The position numbers were made by a program, and so were the translations under genes. A DNA stretch of 64,000 nt from a virus: positions 60,290-124,289 of the IMG/VR virus record IMGVR_UViG_3300031578_000002; one strand, written 5' to 3'. The notes under the pieces were generated by a model that was given only the letters and a program-made list of their open reading frames with translations, made no database searches and had not been told where the DNA came from. This document shows positions 9,786 through 17,669 of the stretch, piece after piece. How positions within the stretch are numbered: the first letter of the stretch is position 1; each line of letters starts with the position of its first letter.

Positions 9786-12700
9786 CTATATTATTTTTTC
9801 CATTGTAAAATATATTGAAACCACACCAGAACCCCATGAACTCGAACTCACGTACATATCAGTATCATTAACTGAACTAAAATAAACTCCATTCGTATTA
9901 ACTAGTACTGCTTTTACATCAGCACTTGCACCAACAGTTTGAGCATTTACAATATCAGTTCCACCGCTTGTACTGCTAATCGTAATATCACCAGCAGCAT
10001 TCCCTGATGTTTCAATGATTATGATCGTATCTATTTGGTATCCTGCTGGTAGATAAGTGCTTAATATTTTATCTGTGCTTATATTTGCTTCAACGCTTCG
10101 TAAAATATCTGTATATGGTACTGTTGGCTGTGGAACTGTTTTGCTGCCTGCTACATCATAACTCCATACATCGCCATCTGCAATTCCTGTTGGATCAACA
10201 TCTACTAATGAATTCAATCTTGGCGATATATCCGTAGATGTTGCTCCGGCATTATCAGCAGCAATTTCAGTACCAATTCCATTTGTTTTAAATGTAAGAT
10301 ATGTTTCTGGACTCAATGCAGTACCTGCGTTATTCTTTATTGTATGGCCACCACCAGTTGAGTTAATTGTAATTTTAGTGCTACCAGTTGTTATCGTAAT
10401 ATTTGTTCCTGCACTTAATGATTTGAATCTTAAATCAACACCGGACTTGCTTGCATATATTCCAACACCACTGCCTAAATTACTTGCAGTATTTATTTCA
10501 GCCTGTGTAATTGTGCTACAAAACGTTATGTCCGTTGTAGTACATGACATGGCAATGCCCGTTCCAGCCTTTAGTGATTTAAAAGGAAAATTAACCCCTG
10601 ATTTTGATGTGAATATACAATATCCTGTACCTAAGTTACTTGCGGTATTTGCTTCACCAGTACCACAAATCGTTATATCATTAGCAGTGTTTGTTATAAT
10701 AGTGCCAGTTCCAGCTAATAATGATTTAAATCTCAAATCAACCCCTGATTTGCTTGCATATACACCAGTACCACTTCCTAAATTACTTGCAGTATTTGCT
10801 TCAGCAGTACTATTAATTGTTATATCAGTTGTTGTACAAGTTATATTAATTGCTGTTCCTGCAAGTAATGATTTAAATGGTAAATTAATACCGGACTTAG
10901 AAGTAAATATTTGATAGCCACTACCTAAATTACTTGCTGTGTTCGCTTCACCAGTACTGCAAATTGTTATATCATTTGCTGTACATGACATGGCAATGCC
11001 CGTTCCTGCAAGTAATGATTTAAATGGGAAATTAACCCCAGATTTTGTAGTAAATATACAATAACCACTACCTAAATTACTTGCCGTATTTACTTCGCCC
11101 TGTGCTGCTGAATTACATATTGTTATGTCATTTGCAGTACAAGACATGGCAATACCTGTTCCAGCACATAGTGACTTAAATGGAAAATTAACTCCTGATT
11201 TTGTAGTAAATATACAATAACCACTACCTAAATTACTTGCCGTATTTACTTCGCCAGTTATCGGTGCAGTACCATAACTTAATTCTTTAGTACTTGTATC
11301 ATAAAAAACAATGTTGCTCTTACTAGCATTTGTTAAACCCGATATGTATGTTTTACCTCTTACGCATAATTTTTCATTATCAAATTCACCATATATTAAT
11401 GACTTTGCAGCTGAATTTGCTATATATAACCTGTTCGAGCCCGTCTCATTTAAACCAGCATTATATCCGATTGCAACATTACTATGTCCTAATTCATTAC
11501 TAGCTAATGCATTATGCCCAATACCAACATTATTATTACCTGTATACATATTACTTAATGTATCAGCACCGATTGCAACATTATAACAACCAATGTTATT
11601 ATTTAAAGCAAAACTTCCAAATGCAATATTATGATTACCTGAGCTATTAAACGCAAGCGATTGATCTCCAATTGAAATGTTATTTGTACCAGTAGTATTA
11701 CTATGTTGTGAATTACATCCAATACTAATATTATTACTACCACTGGTATTATTACTAAGTGTTGACATGCCGATGCCGATATTGTTACTACCAATTGCAC
11801 CTGATGCTGTTAATATATTGCAACCAATAGCAACGTTTCCTTGACTACTAATTGCATTATTCATAATTTTCGATCCAATTGCAACGGTACCATCAATAAT
11901 TGATGTTGCCAGAGATAAAACATCTTGTCCAATTGCTATTACATCATTTGCACACGTATTAGAACATAATGCGTTATTACCCATTGCAACAATTCCACAA
12001 CCATGTATTATACTAAGACCATCAACGAATGATGTAACGTTCGCTCCTGCATTTACACCATAAAAAGTATTTCCACTTAATGCTGTTGAGCTACCGGGTG
12101 TACCACACCCAATGACTGTCGATTGTTTGGTTAAATCCGACCAGCCAATATCACTTCCAGTAGTGCCACTAGGTGTTGTTCCATAACTTAACTCATTTGT
12201 TGATGAATCATAATATATAACATCAGTTTTTGTTGAGTTTGTTAAACCCGATATGTATGTTTTTCCTCTTACACAAAGCTTTTCATTGTCAAATTCACCA
12301 TAAATTAAAGATTTATTAGCTGAATTTGCTATATATAACTTGTTTGAGGTTGTTTCATTATAACCCGAACAACTACCGAGAATAACATTACTACTACCAG
12401 TTACATTTGAATATGCAGCATTTGTTCCAATAATAGTATTATTACTACCAGTTGTTATACCTTTTCCAGCACATACTCCATAAATTGTGTTTCCACTATA
12501 TGTGCTACCACTAATAATCGTTCCACATCCAACAACTGTTGAGGTATTACCAGTACTTGACCAACCAACACTTGTTGAGGTAGTTACACCAACTCTTTTT
12601 GTTGTTGAGTTCCAACATAAATAATTACCACCACCAGCTGGCGTACATAATATCGCCAAGTTCGGTATTGCAACATAGTTAGCAAATGTCGAACTTGCTA

Positions 12701-13163
12701 ATGTAATACTTGTACCACCAATAAGCGTTGTGTTAGTATTTCCACTACAAATTGTGTTATTATTTCCGCCGAATATACTAGCATTTACTGCGCATGAAAC
12801 GTTGTTATATCCAATCGTTGTAGCACAATCACAAATTGATTTACTACCATTACCTATTACAATGCTCTTATTTCCCATTGAGCATGAACTACTGCCAATT
12901 GCAATCGACGTTGACCCATTAGCATTTACTGATGTACCAATAGCTAATGAAGCATTTCCTGCGACATTATTACATCCAAGTAATAATGTATTTAATTGTA
13001 CCCCAGTTTTTAGTATAGTTGCACCAGATATTTGATAGCCAGAATTTGAGCTAATTGTTCCACCAGTGCCACAAACACAGTTATGTCCAGCCAAATATAA
13101 ATAGTCAGTACCGTTTTGATCGAATTGTTTACAATTTAGATTTGGTCTATTATCGTATCCCAT
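9786..13163 (-). CDS. Long tail fibre / beta-helical appendage protein
   Basis: Many N(V/I)AIG YadA-head-like repeats, two SLIYGEFDNEKLCVRG modules, six 49-52 aa tandem repeats; G/S/T/N rich. Confidence 0.75.
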   Translation of the reverse strand: MGYDNRPNLNCKQFDQNGTDYLYLAGHNCVCGTGGTISSNSGYQISGATILKTGVQLNTLLLGCNNVAGNASLAIGTSVNANGSTSIAIGSSSCSMGNKSIVIGNGSKSICDCATTIGYNNVSCAVNASIFGGNNNTICSGNTNTTLIGGTSITLASSTFANYVAIPNLAILCTPAGGGNYLCWNSTTKRVGVTTSTSVGWSSTGNTSTVVGCGTIISGSTYSGNTIYGVCAGKGITTGSNNTIIGTNAAYSNVTGSSNVILGSCSGYNETTSNKLYIANSANKSLIYGEFDNEKLCVRGKTYISGLTNSTKTDVIYYDSSTNELSYGTTPSGTTGSDIGWSDLTKQSTVIGCGTPGSSTALSGNTFYGVNAGANVTSFVDGLSIIHGCGIVAMGNNALCSNTCANDVIAIGQDVLSLATSIIDGTVAIGSKIMNNAISSQGNVAIGCNILTASGAIGSNNIGIGMSTLSNNTSGSNNISIGCNSQHSNTTGTNNISIGDQSLAFNSSGNHNIAFGSFALNNNIGCYNVAIGADTLSNMYTGNNNVGIGHNALASNELGHSNVAIGYNAGLNETGSNRLYIANSAAKSLIYGEFDNEKLCVRGKTYISGLTNASKSNIVFYDTSTKELSYGTAPITGEVNTASNLGSGYCIFTTKSGVNFPFKSLCAGTGIAMSCTANDITICNSAAQGEVNTASNLGSGYCIFTTKSGVNFPFKSLLAGTGIAMSCTANDITICSTGEANTASNLGSGYQIFTSKSGINLPFKSLLAGTAINITCTTTDITINSTAEANTASNLGSGTGVYASKSGVDLRFKSLLAGTGTIITNTANDITICGTGEANTASNLGTGYCIFTSKSGVNFPFKSLKAGTGIAMSCTTTDITFCSTITQAEINTASNLGSGVGIYASKSGVDLRFKSLSAGTNITITTGSTKITINSTGGGHTIKNNAGTALSPETYLTFKTNGIGTEIAADNAGATSTDISPRLNSLVDVDPTGIADGDVWSYDVAGSKTVPQPTVPYTDILRSVEANISTDKILSTYLPAGYQIDTIIIIETSGNAAGDITISSTSGGTDIVNAQTVGASADVKAVLVNTNGVYFSSVNDTDMYVSSSSWGSGVVSIYFTMEKII
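10360..11255 (-). repeat. Six tandem 49-52 aa repeats (xExNTASNLGSG...KSGV.x.FKSL.AGT) inside the fibre gene
   Basis: Visible in the translation. 59 bp are identical at 11041-11099 and 11197-11255. Confidence 0.9.
11320..11435. repeat. 116-bp perfect repeat, copy 1 (copy 2 at 15854-15969)
   Basis: Base-by-base identity with 15854-15969. A diverged third copy lies at about 12241-12365. Confidence 0.9.
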
Positions 13164-13216
13164 AATTTATTATTAATTAAATATAAATACTAAATTTATA
13201 GTAATGTTCAATAAAA

Positions 13217-13238
13217 AATCCATCGAATTCGATGGATT
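13217..13238 (-). terminator. Intrinsic terminator hairpin
   Basis: AATCCATCG-AATT-CGATGGATT followed by a T-run on the minus strand. Confidence 0.7.
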
Positions 13239-13287
13239 TAAATTAATGTGAATGAATATTGTTCAGGTATTAACTTTTAATTACCTT

Positions 13288-14193
13288 CTATTTCTGCTTA
13301 TTTACTGCATTAATAATTTCGTTAATATCAAATAAATTAACGGTATCATATGGGAATTGTTGTATTTGGCCTGAAATATCATCAACCAAATATGTGTACT
13401 TGTCAAAGTTATTAATAATATTAGCTTGTGGTGTAATATTAATATTATTATCATATCCGAAAACTTTCGGGGAATTCCCAATATAAAGAACAGTTGATTG
13501 TAATCCCAATGCTGCTGCAATATGAACCCCACTGGAATCAATTAATATCCTTTTTGTTGTTAATGGAAAAACTGCCATCAATTCACGCATCGGTAAATTA
13601 ACCATTTCAACACCCTGTAATGCTGGTTGTTCCGGTAATCTCATATGTAATATTCTATATGATTTACTATAATAGTTAACCAACTTCCCCGCAATCTCTA
13701 ACGGTATATCCCTATACCACGATTTTTTCGAATATTGACCTTGTGGGGAACCACCATGTGTTTGTAATAGCATTATTGGTCTACCATCCGGCTTTATCTT
13801 ATCCCTAGCAATCTCCAACTCTCTTGGGTTTAAATAAAGTTCTGGATTTATCCCATCATGTTTAATACTGAACATTCTACACCATGTTTCTGTTAAATGT
13901 TCTTTTCTTAAAATGTGATTAGTTTCGTTATATGGGTCATGTTTCATTATAATTGTATCATCTTTAATGAACTCCCTAAAATATTTGGTTTCACCATGTA
14001 GATAAAATCTAAAAATATTTGGGTTATTAAAATAAAATGCATCCCATGACCCAACAACTATTAATTTACGGTCTGGATATTGTTTTTTTATTGCACGTAT
14101 TACGGCTGTCGCCATTCCATTCTTACCTAACCCTCCTTCTATATGAAATATTATGTACTTGTCATTCTCATTAACTCTTGTATCTACTAACAT
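13288..14193 (-). CDS. GT-B glycosyltransferase, family 9 (heptosyltransferase)-like
   Basis: IEGGLGK at the N-terminus; ILIDSSGVHIAAALGLQSTVLY matches the GT9 DSGxxHxAAALG motif. Confidence 0.75.
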   Translation of the reverse strand: MLVDTRVNENDKYIIFHIEGGLGKNGMATAVIRAIKKQYPDRKLIVVGSWDAFYFNNPNIFRFYLHGETKYFREFIKDDTIIMKHDPYNETNHILRKEHLTETWCRMFSIKHDGINPELYLNPRELEIARDKIKPDGRPIMLLQTHGGSPQGQYSKKSWYRDIPLEIAGKLVNYYSKSYRILHMRLPEQPALQGVEMVNLPMRELMAVFPLTTKRILIDSSGVHIAAALGLQSTVLYIGNSPKVFGYDNNINITPQANIINNFDKYTYLVDDISGQIQQFPYDTVNLFDINEIINAVNKQK

Positions 14194-14206
14194 AAGTTTT
14201 TATTAA

Positions 14207-15358
14207 TTATATATTATTATTTTTATATTTCCAAATAAAACCACCACAGTTATTTGTACTTTCTACTATATGATATTTTATCTTATCACAAGATATATTA
14301 TTTTGTCGTGAAGCATCAATAATTGACTCATATTCAAAAATATACTCATTCTGAATACTGTATTTAATAACTGGAGTTTTTCGTTTATTAATTTTCTTCA
14401 CATACGGAACAATCAAATCAGGTAAATTATCTGAATAATAAAAAATAAATTTACCATATGGTATTGATTTTTGTATGCACGTAACAATGTGACCAGAATT
14501 AAGATTTAATTTTCGTGAAGCATCACTAATTGATTTAAATTCATTAATTAATTTTCCATCTAAATCAAATTGTTTAATTGCCTTAACCATACTCGAATAT
14601 TTATCATGTTTACCAATATTAGTAGGTATATTGTCTTTATAATACCAATAAAAATTATTAAATTGTTTACATCTACCTCTTAAACAACAATTAATTCCAG
14701 ATTGTAAAATATTAGTTTTTCTATAAGCATCCGCTTGACTTTCATATTCAGAAATAAATTTACCATCTAATGAATATTGAATTATTGGCGTTTTATGTTT
14801 TAATAATTTTTTAAATTCAAATATCTCAGCATTTTCTTTCGATGAAAATAAATATGTACCACGATATGCACTACCTCCCTTTTGGTCAATAATTCTAAAT
14901 ATTCCCTGTGGATTAATATTATAGCATTCTGAAAACGCTAAAACGGATTTATATTCTTTTAAGAATTCCCCATCTTCTGTGTATTGAAAAACTTTTCTTT
15001 TAAATGAAGAACCACCCTCTCCGCCATCAGTTAAATTAGTTAATCTAATTCCATCATCTCTATATTTCTTGATGTAATAAATCTCTAAAATTTCATGTTC
15101 ATATTTATTTATTATTTCATTGAATTTAATTTCACACTCATCAAGAACTTTCATTTCAATTTTTAAACCAAGTTTAAGTATTTTATTAATAACATTATCC
15201 TTAAATGTATTTTTCTCTCTTTTTTTACCACATATATTCAAATGCGAATTATATCTTCTTTTTAGATTTGAAGTAAAACCAATGTAAAATACACTATTAT
15301 TTCTTGGGTCAATCAATCCATAAATATATACTTTATTATCAATTTTTTTATATACCAT
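14207..15358 (-). CDS. Free-standing GIY-YIG homing endonuclease with four NUMOD1-like repeats
   Basis: YIYGLIDP...FYIGFT, LTNLTDGGEG, and repeated xxQYxLDGxFIxEYxSxxxA units. Confidence 0.88.
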   Translation of the reverse strand: MVYKKIDNKVYIYGLIDPRNNSVFYIGFTSNLKRRYNSHLNICGKKREKNTFKDNVINKILKLGLKIEMKVLDECEIKFNEIINKYEHEILEIYYIKKYRDDGIRLTNLTDGGEGGSSFKRKVFQYTEDGEFLKEYKSVLAFSECYNINPQGIFRIIDQKGGSAYRGTYLFSSKENAEIFEFKKLLKHKTPIIQYSLDGKFISEYESQADAYRKTNILQSGINCCLRGRCKQFNNFYWYYKDNIPTNIGKHDKYSSMVKAIKQFDLDGKLINEFKSISDASRKLNLNSGHIVTCIQKSIPYGKFIFYYSDNLPDLIVPYVKKINKRKTPVIKYSIQNEYIFEYESIIDASRQNNISCDKIKYHIVESTNNCGGFIWKYKNNNI

Positions 15359-15431
15359 ACACTCACTCTAAATTTAAAACAATAATACATTTTTATTTAT
15401 AATTTTTTATATTTTTTTATAAATACAAATA

Positions 15432-15461
15432 AAAACGGAAAAGATGTATTTTTTCCGTTTT
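15432..15461. terminator. Intrinsic terminator hairpin (bidirectional type)
   Basis: AAAACGGAAAA-N8-TTTTCCGTTTT. Confidence 0.65.
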
Positions 15462-15480
15462 AAATTAAATATTTTTACGA

Positions 15481-16623
15481 TTAGCTTATAAATGCTAAAC
15501 TAAACCATTGATCAAGTGCTTGATCATACATTAATTCCAGTGCACCATAATTTGTATTAATAACACCATTTCCAATCCCATCAATGCCGCTACTACCCCC
15601 AGTAATTGTTATATTGTTAGTTAATGCCAATCCAGATACGTCTTTAATCTTAAATGTTTGTCCATCTATTGGTGGTGACGGTAATGTAATTGTTGTACCA
15701 CTAACGGTATTATTAACTAATATTACATACGAACTACCTGTTGTTAATAATGTTGAACCAGTAATGATTGTTTTTGAATAAATATTGTTATTCGATGGTG
15801 CTATTGAATAGGTTAACTCATTGGTGTTATCGTCATAATATATGATATTGACTTTACTAGCATTTGTTAAACCCGATATGTATGTTTTACCTCTTACGCA
15901 TAATTTTTCATTATCAAATTCACCATATATTAATGACTTTGCAGCTGAATTTGCTATATATAACCTGTTTGAACTCGTCTCATTATAACCCGAACATGTA
16001 CCTAAAAATATATTCGATGAACCCGTTACATTATGAAAACCCGAATTAATACCTTGGGCAATATTACCTGAACCTGTAGTATTAAACATTAATGCAGCAC
16101 TACCATTAGCAACATTGTTTGAACCAGTCGTATTGCAATGCAATGCACATAAACCAATTCCAACATTATTAACTCCAATATTATTAATATTATTTCCCAC
16201 TTCTTGACCAATATATATTGAAGTCAGAGTTGTTCTAAGAATTGTTGTTCCACTAATCTGATAACCATTATCAGTACTTAAATAACCACTAGAAATTGTT
16301 AATGTATTTGTATTGGCATTAATTTCGGTATTACCTGTTAATGTACCACCTAAAACAACAGTAGAACCAGATATTGACAATCCATTTGCCGCAAATGCGG
16401 TGTTAACAAATTTTAATCTCAAATCTGTATCAGTAATACCATTATAATACCAATATTCATCATTACCAACATTTACTGTAAGTCCACTATATCTTAATGC
16501 TAATGGAATTACTGTATTAACATCTGATGTCGAAGAATATGGTTGATTTGAACTATTTAAATATTTTGTATCAACAGGTTTACCTGCATTAATTTTTATG
16601 TTATCATTTAGTATTATTGCCAT
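15481..16623 (-). CDS. Tail fibre-like structural protein
   Basis: Shares the AIG repeats and the SLIYGEFDNEKLC module with 9786-13163, and N- and C-terminal domains with 17670-20276. Confidence 0.65.
   Translation of the reverse strand: MAIILNDNIKINAGKPVDTKYLNSSNQPYSSTSDVNTVIPLALRYSGLTVNVGNDEYWYYNGITDTDLRLKFVNTAFAANGLSISGSTVVLGGTLTGNTEINANTNTLTISSGYLSTDNGYQISGTTILRTTLTSIYIGQEVGNNINNIGVNNVGIGLCALHCNTTGSNNVANGSAALMFNTTGSGNIAQGINSGFHNVTGSSNIFLGTCSGYNETSSNRLYIANSAAKSLIYGEFDNEKLCVRGKTYISGLTNASKVNIIYYDDNTNELTYSIAPSNNNIYSKTIITGSTLLTTGSSYVILVNNTVSGTTITLPSPPIDGQTFKIKDVSGLALTNNITITGGSSGIDGIGNGVINTNYGALELMYDQALDQWFSLAFIS
15854..15969. repeat. 116-bp perfect repeat, copy 2
   Basis: Identical to 11320-11435. 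Confidence 0.9.
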
Positions 16624-16653
16624 TATATACTTATTTTATTTTTCATTTTAATA

Positions 16654-17637
16654 TTAAGTCAACGACATTGATGATGTTAATGATGTTTGATAATTACTAA
16701 TATATACATTATAGCTTTGATTACTCCAACACGCTGAATCAGCTAATACAAGATCAGCTACTGGAAATAGATTACATGCCGGACTTACACCACCACCAAT
16801 TGATCCGTTATTTAATGCTGTTATGTACCAACAAGTTTTTGCCGATACACTAGCTGGTACTGCAAACCATAAATAATCATCATCTGTCGTATTAAAATTA
16901 ATACTGATTGAGCCTGAACTAGTTGCCAAAACTTTTGTTCCACCAGTTACCATTACGCCACTTGCGACTGGACGATTTTCACCAGCAGCACCCGGACATG
17001 TACATTTTCCCCAATAATATGGTAAATATGCTGTTACTGTATAATTACTTGAATTGAATTGTGTTGTGCAGCTATTTTTAGCACTACCCCTCCATGATTG
17101 TGTTTGTCCACATGAAATAAATGTTTTTGTTGTAATTGTTGCCGATTGTGGCGAACTGGTAGAACCACTTGAGCTTAATGTAAGTGCTGCGGTTATATCC
17201 AAAATACACATCGTATTTGCTTGAACATTAGCTCCATTAGTGAATGTCCAACTAAATGGCTTAGAGCCACTTATCTGACAACCAACTTCAACAGGTGTGC
17301 TAATATTAGTGCTAAAACTACTAAATGAAGGTAATTGATATGGTACTAAAATATCTTTTAATAAACAATTAGTTGTTTTACCGGTTAATACACTTCCAGC
17401 AATCAGTCCACCAACAGTTGTTGTAGAAGGACTTGATAGATTATATAATGCACTGCCACCCAATTCATCAACATATTGTTTATCAACGATCTGTGTATTC
17501 CCAGTAAATGTAGGATGTATGCAATAATATAAATTACCTGTTGTTGCAATAAATGTATCACCAGATAACGTTAATGCATCATTACCGCACTGATAAACAT
17601 GTTTATTTCCAATATTAATTTTATTTGTTAATGCCAT
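16654..17637 (-). CDS. Virion structural protein (paralogue of 20279-21391)
   Basis: S/T/G/C rich; shares CxLxxIL.P and PY(Y/F)WG...Y(L/I)W(F/L)A(V/I)PA motifs with 20279-21391. Confidence 0.55.
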   Translation of the reverse strand: MALTNKINIGNKHVYQCGNDALTLSGDTFIATTGNLYYCIHPTFTGNTQIVDKQYVDELGGSALYNLSSPSTTTVGGLIAGSVLTGKTTNCLLKDILVPYQLPSFSSFSTNISTPVEVGCQISGSKPFSWTFTNGANVQANTMCILDITAALTLSSSGSTSSPQSATITTKTFISCGQTQSWRGSAKNSCTTQFNSSNYTVTAYLPYYWGKCTCPGAAGENRPVASGVMVTGGTKVLATSSGSISINFNTTDDDYLWFAVPASVSAKTCWYITALNNGSIGGGVSPACNLFPVADLVLADSACWSNQSYNVYISNYQTSLTSSMSLT

Positions 17638-17669
17638 CTTATTTCATTAAACATTCTATTTTAAAATTA

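Noticed and set aside
10378-13035. Plus-strand ORFs 10378-10914, 11311-11586 and 12730-13035, and similar ones opposite other genes
   Set aside because: Antisense shadows of repetitive G/S/T/N-rich fibre coding sequence.
11320-15969. Possible DGR template/variable repeat pair in the fibre genes
   Set aside because: Two copies are identical and the third differs mainly at synonymous positions rather than only at adenines; no reverse transcriptase is in the window.
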